Positions 10,520 through 21,513 of a stretch of 64,000 bases of DNA are shown here, in pieces. Numbering within the stretch: position 1 is the first letter of the stretch; each line of letters starts with the position of its first letter. Under the pieces are notes generated by a model. It saw nothing but the letters and a program-made list of their open reading frames with translations. It was not told the DNA's origin and made no database searches. This stretch comes from an uncultured Gammaproteobacteria bacterium (GTDB taxonomy: Bacteria > Pseudomonadota > Gammaproteobacteria > JABCZS01), in NCBI GenBank assembly GCA_963848305.1, contig CAWKDC010000003.1, positions 96,001 to 160,000 on the forward strand. The letters run 5' to 3'. The position numbers were made by a program, and so were the translations under genes.

Positions 10520-11992
10520 CTATCCATCACGCTTCAACATCAATCCATTCAAAATATCATAATAGGTGCGAATATTTTCCACGTACTTGACCGCTTCATT
10601 GCCTCGCGCATAGCCATGTTTGGAAGTACTATACCATGTAGCCTGCGTTTTTTTGGGCAGCCATTCGCGGATATCCTGCCAACGGTTAGGATCTCCCTTG
10701 GCTGCAGTGATCCATTTGCGCACATCAGTGATGTGGGCTGGGCCTATATTATAGGAAGCGAGTGCGATCCAAACTCTGTCGGGGCCTGTGATTTCCGGTG
10801 GGAGGTTATTATAAATGCGCTCCAAATATTCAGCACCGGCGTGAATGCTTTGAACGGGATCCAATCTGTTTTCCAGCTTGACTTCTTTCGCCGCAGCAAG
10901 CGTCATCATCATGATGCCACGCACGCCTGTGGGGGAGACGGCATCAGGATTCCAGTGTGATTCTTGATAAGCCAATGCAGCGAGAAGCTGCCAATTGAGT
11001 GCTTCCCTTTCTGCGGCTTTGAATGTGGATTCATATAAAGGCAAGGTGTTGGCAACGCGGCGGTGAAAAGTATCGGTATCGATGAAATCAAAATCCTGTA
11101 AATATTTAAAATACACATCAATTAACCAATCCAATTCTCCTGACTTTTCTATCGTGTTGAAGAATTGGTTGGCAGCATCGACCAGGGTATCGTCTTTTCT
11201 CAATCCCATTTGTAACTCATCAAAAAAAGCGGTGGCGATGCCCAACTTTTTGAGATGACCGAACATCGCATACATGCCTGGATAATAAGTGAGGGGTTTG
11301 AAGCCCCATCCAATGGACTGCTCGCCAACCGCTTGAAACCCTACGCGGAGGTTCGGGTAATATTGTTGATATTCCGCCAATTCAAGTGAATCGGCCATTG
11401 TGTATTCAATTTTGCCTTCTGCGACGGCTTCCAGCAAGGAGAGGGTGTCGGTGTTTTCGACCTCGAAAGACAAATTGGGGTATTTGAGTTGCTGTGTCGC
11501 CAATGTTTTTTCATAACTGCTGCCCACAGGGATCACAATATGAGCATTTTCCAAATCTTCAAAATCTTTGGGGCGATCATTACCAGATAAATAAACGACT
11601 TGTTCTTCGACTGCCATGTAGGGGCGGCTGTATCGAATTGGCGGATCCCGCTCAATATTGACGGCCAATCCTGCTGCGGCGACATCCGCGAAATTTCTGT
11701 CCACGGTGACCAATAATTCACGAATACTGGTGGCATAATCCAGGCGGGTTCTGACGCCCAAATGTTGCGCAAAGAGCTCAACCAGGCGGCGATCAAAGTG
11801 ATCGGGGTCTGGTTTGTGGCTAAAATGGGCCAGCGGAGTTTCACGCGTGATCACAACCAATACGCCACTCTTTTTGATGCGCCTGAGTTGGCTTTCCGCT
11901 TGTTGCAAGAAAAAAATGAGCACAATAAGGCCGACTGCAAGCAAAGCTTGGCCATAAGAACGGAGAGCGTAGCGGAGTCGAGTGTTTTGCAT
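10520..11992 (-). CDS. mltF: Membrane-bound lytic murein transglycosylase F
   Basis: N-terminal solute-binding-like domain plus SLT domain [44 protein letters not shown]. Confidence 0.93.
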   Translation of the reverse strand: MQNTRLRYALRSYGQALLAVGLIVLIFFLQQAESQLRRIKKSGVLVVITRETPLAHFSHKPDPDHFDRRLVELFAQHLGVRTRLDYATSIRELLVTVDRNFADVAAAGLAVNIERDPPIRYSRPYMAVEEQVVYLSGNDRPKDFEDLENAHIVIPVGSSYEKTLATQQLKYPNLSFEVENTDTLSLLEAVAEGKIEYTMADSLELAEYQQYYPNLRVGFQAVGEQSIGWGFKPLTYYPGMYAMFGHLKKLGIATAFFDELQMGLRKDDTLVDAANQFFNTIEKSGELDWLIDVYFKYLQDFDFIDTDTFHRRVANTLPLYESTFKAAEREALNWQLLAALAYQESHWNPDAVSPTGVRGIMMMTLAAAKEVKLENRLDPVQSIHAGAEYLERIYNNLPPEITGPDRVWIALASYNIGPAHITDVRKWITAAKGDPNRWQDIREWLPKKTQATWYSTSKHGYARGNEAVKYVENIRTYYDILNGLMLKRDG

Positions 11993-12035
11993 ACTATCCA
12001 GTATAGATTGTTTCTGCTATTCTACCGGTTTTCGG

Positions 12036-15000
12036 ATGGCAAGCATGGGTAATGACATCGTTTTCATGGGACCGATGACCGCGCAGGGTGCGCAGGTTGA
12101 GTATTGGGTGCGCACGCGAGTGCCCTTGAACGATGCAGATTTAAAAAAGCTAAAAAACTTACTTATTGAGGTGGGAGAAATCCCTGATATTGACGTCACG
12201 CCCAACAGCGTGTGGGTGACGCCCCGCGTGTCCACGCAATCGCCATTTTCATCAAAAGTCATGGATATTTTAGAAAACTGTGGGTTATCTACCATTACTC
12301 ACGTCGAAAAAGTACTCCGTTACGATCCCGCCACACATGATCGCATGACCCAATCGGTGTTGACGTCGCGTAACCTCGATTTATTATTTTCTGAAGCTGC
12401 TGTGCGTGGGTTAAACATCATTCCCCGGCAAGCGCTATCGGATGCCAATATGACCCTGGGCTTGTCTTTATCGCCTGAGGAAATCCAATATTTATTCGAG
12501 CATTATGAAGCTTTGCAGCGTGATCCGACGGATGCCGAATTAATGATGTTTGCACAAGCCAATTCAGAACATTGTCGTCATAAAATTTTCAAAGGGCGAT
12601 GGATCATCGATGGCAAACCGCAGCAAGATGGTTTATTCAACATGATCCGCTACACCTATCAACAACATCCTCAAGGCGTTTTATCCGCTTATCACGATAA
12701 TGCGGCCGTGATTGAAGGATTAGGGACAACAGCATTTTTTGCGGATCAGCATCATCATTATCATTTTTCACAACAACACACAGACATTGTGTTAAAAGTG
12801 GAAACGCATAATCACCCGACCGCGATTGCGCCTTTTGCAGGGGCCGCGACAGGGTCAGGCGGTGAATTGCGTGATGAAGCTGCGACAGGTCGCGGTGCAA
12901 AACCCAAAGCAGGCTTGGTGGGGTTTTCTGTGTCCCATTTAAGGATCCCGAATGCAACGCAACCTTATGAAACGACATTAGGCAAACCTGATCATATTGC
13001 GAGCGCATTAGACATCATGTTGGAAGCGCCTATTGGGGCGGCAAGGTACAACAATGAATTTGGTCGTCCAGGATTATGTGGCTATTTTCGCAGTTTTGAA
13101 TGGGGCCGTTATGGTTATCACAAACCGATCATGATCGCGGGTGGTTTTGGCAATATTCACCGCGATAATATTGAGAAAGGAAAATTAATCCCCGGTGATG
13201 TGGTGATTGTCCTCGGTGGCCCTGGCATGTTGATTGGTTTGGGGGGAGGCGCTGCCTCTTCAGCAACTGAAACTGGGCGTGATCAAGCCTTGGATTTTGC
13301 CTCGGTGCAACGTGATAATGCGGAGATGCAACGTCGTGCACAGGAAGTGATTCAAACGTGTTATCGCCATCAACCCAATCCCATTCGCAGTATTCATGAT
13401 GTGGGGGCGGGTGGGTTGTCTAACGCCATTCCTGAATTATTACATGATTCAGGTGTGGGCGGCGTGATCGATCTGAATGCCATTCCATGTGCCGATCCGT
13501 CTCTATCGCCCATGGAAAAATGGTGCAATGAATCTCAAGAACGTTTTGTGATCGGGATGGCGCGTGAAGATGTATCACTGTTTTCAACGTGGTGTGCGCG
13601 TGAACGTATTCCCTATGCAGTTGTTGGAACTGCGACGCCAGAGCAACATTTGCGCGTGATGCAAGATGATGTTGCGGTGATTGATCTCGACATGGGCATG
13701 ATCTTTGCGAAAACCCCGCCCATGTTGCGTGATGTCAAACATGTGCCTGTGTCCCAGCATGCCATTGATAATGTCGTTGATGATCTGTCAGCCACATTAT
13801 TATCAGTCTTGTCTCATCCGACTGTCGCTGATAAATCCTTTTTGATCCATATTGGCGATCGTACCGTTGGGGGATTAACAGTGCGTGATCAATGCGTCGG
13901 TCCCTGGCAAACCTGCGTGAGTGACGTGGCCGTGACGGCGAGTGATTTTTTAGCGACCACCGGTGAAGCAATGAGCATGGGGGAACGTACACCGATTGCC
14001 GTATTAAATGGCCCAGCTTCTGGCCGTATGGCTGTGGCTGAAGCATTCACCAATATCGCAGCTGCACCCATCGAATCAATCTCGCACGTAAAATTGTCTG
14101 CGAATTGGATGGCAGCTTGTGGTGTCGATGGGATGGATGCGGTACTTTATGACACGGTCGAAGCCGTCGGCAAACAATTTTGCCCTGCATTAGGTGTGTG
14201 CATTCCTGTTGGGAAAGATTCTTTATCCATGAAAATGCGCTGGGAAGAAAGTGATCGTGTTCATGAAATTGTTTCTCCTGTTTCATTGATTGTCACTGCA
14301 GTCGCACCCGTCACAAATATTTCGAATGTGTTGACGTCAGTATTATCAGCTGAAAAAGACACGTTGCTCTATGTGATCGATCTAGGATTTGGACAATCCA
14401 GGTTAGGCGGCAGTATTGTTGCTCAAATTCAAGATAAAATGGGGGATGTGGCGCCGGACATTGCGCCTGAACCCCTGAGGGCATTCTTCCATTTAATTCA
14501 ATCGTTGAATCAATCCCGTTTATTATTAGCTTATCATGACCGCAGTGATGGGGGATTGTGGGCGACGGTTGCTGAAATGGCGATGGCGTCACGCCTCGGT
14601 GTGATGTTAGATGTAAGCGCACTGGGCAAGCATGTTATGCCGATTTTGTGCAATGAAGAAATCGGGGCTGTTGTTCAAATCCGCGTCAAAGATGAAGCTG
14701 ATTTTTTGGCAGCAGTCACATCAGCTGGTTTAATGGAAGCAACGCATTTGATCGGGCAACCGCGTCCTGAACCTGTGATTCATATCAAACACGGTTGTAA
14801 CCATTGGGATATTCCTTTGCAAATCGCTCTCGAATCATTTTCACGCGTGAGTACTGACATGAAACAATTGCGCGATGCGCCTATTTGCGCCAGTGAAGAA
14901 TATCGAGCAGCAGTCTCTGTCGAACATCCGCCATTATTTTTCAAAGGTGATCCTTCAGTGAAAGTGCCACCTGCTATCATTGGCAAAAAACCCGCTGTGG

Positions 15001-15755
15001 CAATTTTGCGTGAGCAAGGGATCAATGGATATGTTGAATTGGCGGCTGCGTTTACGCTGGCAGGTTTTGATGCAGTTGATGTGCATATGCAAGATTTGAT
15101 TTCAGGTCAGCAAACCCTGTCTGATTTTCAAGGCCTTGCCTGCGGGGGTGGTTTTTCTTACGGTGATGCGTTGGGTGCGGGTGGCGGATGGGCGAAAAAT
15201 ATTTTATTCAACCCTGCCTTGTTGGAACAGTTCCAAGCATTTTTTGAGCGCAGCAATAGTTTCACATTAGGTTTGTGTAACGGTTGCCAAATGTTGTCAC
15301 AATTGAATCATATCATTCCGGGCGCTGATCATTGGCCCTTATTAGTGAATAATCACAGTCGCCAATTTGAAGCGCGGATGGTGATGGTTGAAATCATGCA
15401 GAGCCATTCATTGTTCACCCGTGGTATGGAAGGGATGCAGTTGCCTGTGGTGGTTGCGCATGGAGAGGGGCGGATACAGTTGAGTGCTGATCAATTGTCT
15501 CATTTACAATCAGACGATAAAGTCGTTTTACGTTACATTGATCCCTTAGGACAGCCGACAGTCAGTTACCCGTTCAACCCAAATGGATCAATTGGTGGTA
15601 TAAACGGGTTTACTTCTTCTGATGGCCGTGTCACACTCATGATGCCGCACCCGGAACGCGTATTTCGTTCGCAACAGTTCAGTTGGCGTCCGGAGGCATT
15701 TGGCGAGTGGAGCCCGTGGTTCAGATTATTTTTGAATGCTCGCCAATTTATATAG
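12036..15755 (+). CDS. purL: Phosphoribosylformylglycinamidine synthase (large fused type); start uncertain
   Basis: [45 protein letters not shown]. Confidence 0.96.
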   Translation: MASMGNDIVFMGPMTAQGAQVEYWVRTRVPLNDADLKKLKNLLIEVGEIPDIDVTPNSVWVTPRVSTQSPFSSKVMDILENCGLSTITHVEKVLRYDPATHDRMTQSVLTSRNLDLLFSEAAVRGLNIIPRQALSDANMTLGLSLSPEEIQYLFEHYEALQRDPTDAELMMFAQANSEHCRHKIFKGRWIIDGKPQQDGLFNMIRYTYQQHPQGVLSAYHDNAAVIEGLGTTAFFADQHHHYHFSQQHTDIVLKVETHNHPTAIAPFAGAATGSGGELRDEAATGRGAKPKAGLVGFSVSHLRIPNATQPYETTLGKPDHIASALDIMLEAPIGAARYNNEFGRPGLCGYFRSFEWGRYGYHKPIMIAGGFGNIHRDNIEKGKLIPGDVVIVLGGPGMLIGLGGGAASSATETGRDQALDFASVQRDNAEMQRRAQEVIQTCYRHQPNPIRSIHDVGAGGLSNAIPELLHDSGVGGVIDLNAIPCADPSLSPMEKWCNESQERFVIGMAREDVSLFSTWCARERIPYAVVGTATPEQHLRVMQDDVAVIDLDMGMIFAKTPPMLRDVKHVPVSQHAIDNVVDDLSATLLSVLSHPTVADKSFLIHIGDRTVGGLTVRDQCVGPWQTCVSDVAVTASDFLATTGEAMSMGERTPIAVLNGPASGRMAVAEAFTNIAAAPIESISHVKLSANWMAACGVDGMDAVLYDTVEAVGKQFCPALGVCIPVGKDSLSMKMRWEESDRVHEIVSPVSLIVTAVAPVTNISNVLTSVLSAEKDTLLYVIDLGFGQSRLGGSIVAQIQDKMGDVAPDIAPEPLRAFFHLIQSLNQSRLLLAYHDRSDGGLWATVAEMAMASRLGVMLDVSALGKHVMPILCNEEIGAVVQIRVKDEADFLAAVTSAGLMEATHLIGQPRPEPVIHIKHGCNHWDIPLQIALESFSRVSTDMKQLRDAPICASEEYRAAVSVEHPPLFFKGDPSVKVPPAIIGKKPAVAILREQGINGYVELAAAFTLAGFDAVDVHMQDLISGQQTLSDFQGLACGGGFSYGDALGAGGGWAKNILFNPALLEQFQAFFERSNSFTLGLCNGCQMLSQLNHIIPGADHWPLLVNNHSRQFEARMVMVEIMQSHSLFTRGMEGMQLPVVVAHGEGRIQLSADQLSHLQSDDKVVLRYIDPLGQPTVSYPFNPNGSIGGINGFTSSDGRVTLMMPHPERVFRSQQFSWRPEAFGEWSPWFRLFLNARQFI

Positions 15756-15781
15756 TTTTTTCACTCAATAGGAGACATCGT

Positions 15782-16321
15782 ATGAATATGGTTAAAATGA
15801 CGGCTGCGTTGGTATTGTTGCCGGCGATTGCATTTGCGGATCCTGATCTGGATATGCAAAAACACGCAAAATATTATGAAGCACTCGGCAATATCACTGA
15901 AATGGGTGTCAACGTGAATGATGATGTCGTTGCCTTGGCTGCGTGTGGTGATAATCCTGAATGCTTGTTTGAAGGTATTTCACCAGAAGGATATGGCTGT
16001 TTATTAGATAACCTGGCAAACGTTATCGTATATGCCGGCGAATATGATGCCGCTACTTGGCCGACACCTGTGGATGGTTTACAGATCGCATCTTTTGATA
16101 TCACCAGTGAATTGCCTTTCTCTGCAGGTGATATTGATCCAGAGGATTATTTGGGCAATTATCAAATCACCGTGAATTATTCCAGTGCAAGTGAAAATAT
16201 GTTAGGTGAAATTATCGTGAAACCTGTGAATGCTGATGATGATTTTATGTGGTTCATGGTGAATTTTGCTTATAACGGTGGGTTTTTCGGAAGACAGTTC
16301 CCGAATTGCAGTGAGATGTGA
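15782..16321 (+). CDS. Hypothetical exported acidic protein
   Basis: RBS AGGAG before ATG 15782, signal peptide ending AIAFA, D/E-rich with four Cys. Confidence 0.7.
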   Translation: MNMVKMTAALVLLPAIAFADPDLDMQKHAKYYEALGNITEMGVNVNDDVVALAACGDNPECLFEGISPEGYGCLLDNLANVIVYAGEYDAATWPTPVDGLQIASFDITSELPFSAGDIDPEDYLGNYQITVNYSSASENMLGEIIVKPVNADDDFMWFMVNFAYNGGFFGRQFPNCSEM

Positions 16322-16324
16322 GAT

Positions 16325-16440
16325 TAGCATCTTCGTCCCGGATAAACGCTACGCGTTTTCCGGGATGACGATGCTACAAGAGGAACGCTACGCGTTTTCC
16401 GGGATGACGATGCTACAAGGGGAATGCTACGCGTTTTCCC
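16325..16440. repeat. Palindrome with 39-bp tandem duplication of its right arm
   Basis: Imperfect inverted repeat 16325-16376; unit aacgctacgcgttttccgggatgacgatgctacaag(a/g)gg starts at 16345, 16384 and partially 16423. Confidence 0.85.
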
Positions 16441-16442
16441 TT

Positions 16443-17102
16443 TTACCATTTAAAATGATACGTTGCCCCAAAGAAGAAATTATACACCGTCGGAGTGGAA
16501 GCATAATAACGCGTTGAGTTCTCACTTTCAAATTTGACTTCACTGTTTTGTTGAACGGTATAGGCCAAGCGTATGCCAATATTGCTGTAGATCATTGTTT
16601 CAATGCCTCCACCATATTGGAACCCGCCTTGATTATTCATTTCTTTCGTGTAAGTTGTGTATCCACTGGTGTTGTTTGCATCCGCAACATCCAAGGTTTG
16701 ATCCATTAAGTTGTAGCCTAAATCAATGTAAATTTTGGTATTGTCAGTGATCTTAAAACCAGGCAAAACGCGAACGCCATACATCAAATTAATGGTGTCT
16801 TTTAAATTAGTGGCTCCTTGAACTTCTAAGCCATTCACAAAATCATAATAAAATTCGAACCCTAAATCAAAGCCTGAGTTGACATTCCAGGTATAACCCA
16901 AGGCAGCTTCACCGCCTAACGCGGTGTGTGTGCCTGAGCTGTGGACCCCATCTTCCGCTGATGTGTCGCTCGGAACATAGTTTTGTTCACTGTTCAGCGT
17001 GCTGCTCAAACCACCGATTGCAATCGTGATTTCATGCGCTTGAGCAGCAAATGCGAAGGAGATAAGCGTGGTGCTGAGTAAGAGGTGTTTGAAGTGTTGC
17101 AT
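16443..17102 (-). CDS. Outer-membrane beta-barrel protein (8-stranded type)
   Basis: Signal peptide AFAAQA, QYGGGIE, GIRLAY, C-terminal FFGATYHFKW. Confidence 0.8.
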   Translation of the reverse strand: MQHFKHLLLSTTLISFAFAAQAHEITIAIGGLSSTLNSEQNYVPSDTSAEDGVHSSGTHTALGGEAALGYTWNVNSGFDLGFEFYYDFVNGLEVQGATNLKDTINLMYGVRVLPGFKITDNTKIYIDLGYNLMDQTLDVADANNTSGYTTYTKEMNNQGGFQYGGGIETMIYSNIGIRLAYTVQQNSEVKFESENSTRYYASTPTVYNFFFGATYHFKW

Positions 17103-17138
17103 ATTGAGTTCCTTCTCAAAAAAAGAGTTTGCGGTTGA

Positions 17139-18605
17139 TTATACCCCATTTTTTTCAATCCACACACTGATTTTTTTGATTTCTGATGGATTCAATGTGA
17201 GATATAATTTGGTGCGTCGCCGTAGGAAGTCTTCCGGCTTTTTCACGAATTCATGATCAATCGCATAGCGCAATTCTCGCTCATAGCAGCCGCCGCCGAA
17301 ATATTCACCCAAATCTGTTTTAGATGTTGAACCATCTAATATCATGTTGACCCGCGTGCCATATAAATGTGCAAGGCGAGACAATTCATCAAAGGATAAA
17401 AAAGGAAAACGAGATTGAACGGTTGCAATATATTGAGACAGCGATCCATTCGGCAAATCACCACCAGGCAAAATCGCCTGCTTTGTCCAGGCAGATTTGA
17501 TGTGTGGAAAGAAGGGGGCTAATTTGTTCAGCGCATGTTCTGATAAGGTACGATAAGTTGTGATTTTTCCACCAAAAACGGATAGGATCGGCGCGTCTTG
17601 AATCTGCTCGAGGAGCAATAAATATTCGCGAGTGGTATCTGAAGGATTATGTTTGCCATCATCGACCAGAGGACGTACGCCTGAATAAGCAGCCACAATA
17701 TCCTTCTCGGATAATTTTGTCTCAAAATATTGATTGAAAGCAGTCACTAAATACGATTTTTCGTCATCATCAATATGTGCTTTTCCTGGATCGCCATGAT
17801 ATACCTTATCGGTTGTGCCGATTAAAGTAAAATTTTGTTGAAAGGGAATCACAAAAATCACACGCTTATCTGCTTGCTGAATCAAATAAGCGTGATCGCC
17901 TTCGTAAATCCTGGGCACAATGATATGACTGCCCTTGACCAATTTCGTGCGTATGGATTGGCTTTGAATCCAGGGGCCGGTGGCATTGACGAGGGCTTTT
18001 GAGTGCAATACCTGTGTGCGACCTTCATATTGCACTTCTACTTCCCAAATTCCATTGTCAGCGCCATATCGCTCAACCTTGCATTGCGTGAAAATATCTG
18101 CGCCAAGAGCCTTCGCCGCCATGGCATTTTCAACCACCAAGCGTGCATCATCGACCCAGCAATCCGAGTACATAAATCCGTCTGTGAAAATGTTTTTGAG
18201 CGGCGCTCCCAACGGTGAGTTTTTCAAAACCACTGCGCGACTTTTGGGCAGGGTGACACGCCGTCCAAGGTGATCATACAACCACAAGCCTAAACGAATG
18301 AGCCATTGAGGTCTGATTTGTGGTTGATAGGGAATGATAAAGCTCAGGGGAGAAATGATATGTGGAGCCTTTGCCATGAGCACTTCTCGCTCATTCAGGG
18401 CTTCATCGACCAATTTGAAATCGCCATGCTCCAGATAACGTAGGCCGCCGTGGATCAGCTTGGTACTTTCACTGGAGGTGCCGGAGGCGAGGTCATTTTG
18501 CTCACATAATGCAACTGATAAACCGCGGCCGGCAGCATCTAGCGCAATGCCAGTCCCGTTGATACCGCCGCCAATCACGATGATGTCGTACACGTTATTT
18601 TTCAT
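17139..18605 (-). CDS. glpD: FAD-dependent glycerol-3-phosphate dehydrogenase
   Basis: GGGINGTGIA.DAAGRGL, GTSSESTKLIHGGLRYLE, DDARLV, GGKITTYR. Confidence 0.95.
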   Translation of the reverse strand: MKNNVYDIIVIGGGINGTGIALDAAGRGLSVALCEQNDLASGTSSESTKLIHGGLRYLEHGDFKLVDEALNEREVLMAKAPHIISPLSFIIPYQPQIRPQWLIRLGLWLYDHLGRRVTLPKSRAVVLKNSPLGAPLKNIFTDGFMYSDCWVDDARLVVENAMAAKALGADIFTQCKVERYGADNGIWEVEVQYEGRTQVLHSKALVNATGPWIQSQSIRTKLVKGSHIIVPRIYEGDHAYLIQQADKRVIFVIPFQQNFTLIGTTDKVYHGDPGKAHIDDDEKSYLVTAFNQYFETKLSEKDIVAAYSGVRPLVDDGKHNPSDTTREYLLLLEQIQDAPILSVFGGKITTYRTLSEHALNKLAPFFPHIKSAWTKQAILPGGDLPNGSLSQYIATVQSRFPFLSFDELSRLAHLYGTRVNMILDGSTSKTDLGEYFGGGCYERELRYAIDHEFVKKPEDFLRRRTKLYLTLNPSEIKKISVWIEKNGV

Positions 18606-18654
18606 CTATAATCCGTGGATAGTCTATTGATACTGATACTAAGGATAGTCCAAG

Positions 18655-20352
18655 ATGGTAAAACAATATACATTAAGCAACATTGACCCCTGCCTGCATC
18701 GCATCGACATGCGATTCGTTTTTGCACCACAGGCGTCGAAAACCATCGTGGGGATGCCCAATTGGATTCCTGGCAGTTACAAAATCCGTGATTTTGCGAA
18801 AAATATCGTGACGATCAGTGCTAGCGCTGATGGCAAACCCATCGATTGTGTGGCCATTGATAAACACCGTTGGTTGATAGACGTTGACGCAAAGAAGATT
18901 GAATTGATCTATTCTGTGTACGCCAAAGATGTGTCCGTGAGGACAGCCTATCTTGATGATCAATTATTTTTCTTCAATTTGAGCAGTTTATGTTTGTATG
19001 TGGAAGGTCAGGAACACGATGTCTGCACAGTCACTCTCAATGTCCCCAAACATAAGGCGCTGAAGGAATGGCGACTTGACACAGCGTTGACGCATCAAAA
19101 AGTGGATTCAAAAGGCTTTGGCACGTATGTTGCGCAAAGTTATGACGAATTAATTGATCACCCCTTTTTAATGGGCTCCCTGGAAACGATTAAATTTAAA
19201 GCACACGGTATTCCACATCGCATGTCCATTGTTGGGGCAAAAGAGGTGGATACTGATCGATTGATGCATGATTTGAAAAAGATTTGTGAAACGCAGATGG
19301 ATTTATTTGGGGGCAGCCCTGTCAAGAAACAATATGTATTTTTAACGTGGGTGGTTGGCCATGGTTATGGAGGGTTAGAACACCGATCATCCTCAGCTTT
19401 AATGACGTCTCGCGAAAATCTACCCTATGAAGGGATGCCTGCAAAATATCAACCTTACGCTGAATTTTTAAGTTTATGCAGCCATGAATATTTTCACACG
19501 TGGCATGTAAAATCCACCAAGCCTGAAGCATTTATGCCCTACGATTTATCCAAGGAAAATTATACGCGCCAATTATGGATTTTCGAGGGTTTCACATCGT
19601 ATTACGAAGATATTTTGTTGGCACGTGCAGGGCTGATCAGCGAATCGCAATACCGTACTATGTTTGCCCAAAAAATCACCAGTGTGGAACGGAACCCTGG
19701 TTATGGGGTGCAGTCCGCAGCCGATTCTAGTCACAGTGCATGGATTAAATTTTACGATCCCAATGAAAATTCACCAAATGTGACGATCAGTTATTATGCG
19801 AAGGGAGCCTTGATCGCATGGGGTTTGGATATTTTATTACGTCGAGGTGGAAAATATTCCCTCGATGATTTGATCAAGTATTTATGGAAAACGTATGGTG
19901 AACAAGGGATAGGTGTCCCAGAAAATGCAGTCGAAAAAATCGTCTTAGAATGGGGTGGGAAAAAATTGGCCAAAGCCTTGCATGAATGGGTGTATGGCGT
20001 TGAGCCACTGCCGTTGGTCGCCTGGGCAAAAGCATCGGGCTGGACGTTAACCCATGTTTCTGACACGCCAGAGTGCCACGTGGATTTGGGTGTTCGTGTA
20101 TCGAATGATGGACGTCAAATCGTCACAGTTTGTTTAGATGGTGGCGCTGCGCAATTGGCGGGCATTTCTGCGGGTGATGAATTATTGGCTTGTCAAGGAT
20201 TAGCCTTGCGTCAACGTCCTTTATCTGATATTTTGCAACGATTTCGTCCTGATGATACCGTGAAAGTTCATGTCTTTCGAGGAGATATATTATTACAGTA
20301 TGACGTTAAATTGCAATCGGCGAAGCCAACCAAAGTGGTCTTATCGTCGTAG
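18655..20352 (+). CDS. M61 family metallopeptidase with C-terminal PDZ domain
   Basis: PNWIPGSYKIRDFAK, GGLEH, SHEYFHTW (HExxH), LWIFEGFTSYY, SYYAKG. Confidence 0.93.
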   Translation: MVKQYTLSNIDPCLHRIDMRFVFAPQASKTIVGMPNWIPGSYKIRDFAKNIVTISASADGKPIDCVAIDKHRWLIDVDAKKIELIYSVYAKDVSVRTAYLDDQLFFFNLSSLCLYVEGQEHDVCTVTLNVPKHKALKEWRLDTALTHQKVDSKGFGTYVAQSYDELIDHPFLMGSLETIKFKAHGIPHRMSIVGAKEVDTDRLMHDLKKICETQMDLFGGSPVKKQYVFLTWVVGHGYGGLEHRSSSALMTSRENLPYEGMPAKYQPYAEFLSLCSHEYFHTWHVKSTKPEAFMPYDLSKENYTRQLWIFEGFTSYYEDILLARAGLISESQYRTMFAQKITSVERNPGYGVQSAADSSHSAWIKFYDPNENSPNVTISYYAKGALIAWGLDILLRRGGKYSLDDLIKYLWKTYGEQGIGVPENAVEKIVLEWGGKKLAKALHEWVYGVEPLPLVAWAKASGWTLTHVSDTPECHVDLGVRVSNDGRQIVTVCLDGGAAQLAGISAGDELLACQGLALRQRPLSDILQRFRPDDTVKVHVFRGDILLQYDVKLQSAKPTKVVLSS

Positions 20353-20375
20353 AATTTTTTAATAGGAGCTTATTC

Positions 20376-21479
20376 ATGAAAAAAACTGTGATTCAATGTG
20401 CATCGATTTGTTTATTGACCGTGTTAGGATTGTCTCGCACAGAAGCCTGCACTGATTTTCGTCTCACTGCACAAGACGGTAGCGTGTTGATTTCACGTAG
20501 CATGGAATTTGGGACAGACATGCATACGCAATTACGCACATCGACAAAAGGTCGTGCATATCAATTTCAAACAACTGATGGGAAACCGGCCGCACAATGG
20601 GTCGCTCAATATGGATATATTTTTTTAGATGCACTCGATCAAGATGTTGCTGTGGATGGGATGAATGAGGCAGGGCTGTCAATTGAAGGTTTGTATTTGC
20701 CAGGTGAAACACAATATCAAACTGTACCTGTCGGCAGTGAAACGAAGGGTGTTCCTTATTATGCTTTCGGTGATTGGATATTGAGTCAATTTAAAACAGT
20801 GGACGAAGTGCGCGCGGCTTTGGCGAATGTATATGTGTTTGAGCAAAAATTGGCTGGCTTTCAAGACAGGGTTTTTCCATTGCATATTTCCATCTTTGAT
20901 GCCAGTGGTAAGGGAATTGTCGTTGAGTTTGTGAAAGGTCAGCAGAAGGTTTATGACAATGAATTGGGTGTGATGACGAATTCACCCCAATATGATTGGC
21001 AGGTCGTGAATCTGCGCAATTATGTGAATTTGACAGCCTCTAACCCCACACCTGTTGATCAAGGGGGAATGACATTTACGGCGACAGGCCAAGGGGCTGG
21101 GTTAATGGGCTTACCCGGAGATTTCACCCCACCTTCACGCTTTGTCAAAATGGCTAAACTGATGCAGTTCGCTGATAAACCTGCGAATGCACAATCCGCG
21201 TTGAATTTAGCTCAACATATGATGAATAATGTGGATATTCCGCTGGGCACTGTGTCAGGTGTTGATCATGGTCAAACGGTGAAGGATTATACCCAATGGG
21301 TCGTTTTCAAAGACTTATCGAACAAGAAACTTTACTATAGGACTTATGATAATATGACCATTCGAGGGGTATCCATGTCATCATTGGATTTTTCTAAAAA
21401 TGCGCCGCGTCTGAAGATGGCGATTGATGTACCGGAGTTTGAGTTGGATGTCAGTGATTCCTTTAAGTCAATGAAATAG
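20376..21479 (+). CDS. Choloylglycine hydrolase / penicillin V acylase family Ntn-hydrolase, exported
   Basis: Signal peptide then nucleophile Cys (CTDF), RSMEF, DGMNEAGL, TNSP, GLPGDFTPPSRF. Confidence 0.9.
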   Translation: MKKTVIQCASICLLTVLGLSRTEACTDFRLTAQDGSVLISRSMEFGTDMHTQLRTSTKGRAYQFQTTDGKPAAQWVAQYGYIFLDALDQDVAVDGMNEAGLSIEGLYLPGETQYQTVPVGSETKGVPYYAFGDWILSQFKTVDEVRAALANVYVFEQKLAGFQDRVFPLHISIFDASGKGIVVEFVKGQQKVYDNELGVMTNSPQYDWQVVNLRNYVNLTASNPTPVDQGGMTFTATGQGAGLMGLPGDFTPPSRFVKMAKLMQFADKPANAQSALNLAQHMMNNVDIPLGTVSGVDHGQTVKDYTQWVVFKDLSNKKLYYRTYDNMTIRGVSMSSLDFSKNAPRLKMAIDVPEFELDVSDSFKSMK

Positions 21480-21513
21480 GGCGGCATTTTAATACTGATG
21501 TAAGAAGTGAACC

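Noticed and set aside
16345-16440. Mini CRISPR array
   Set aside because: 39-bp units abut each other without spacers
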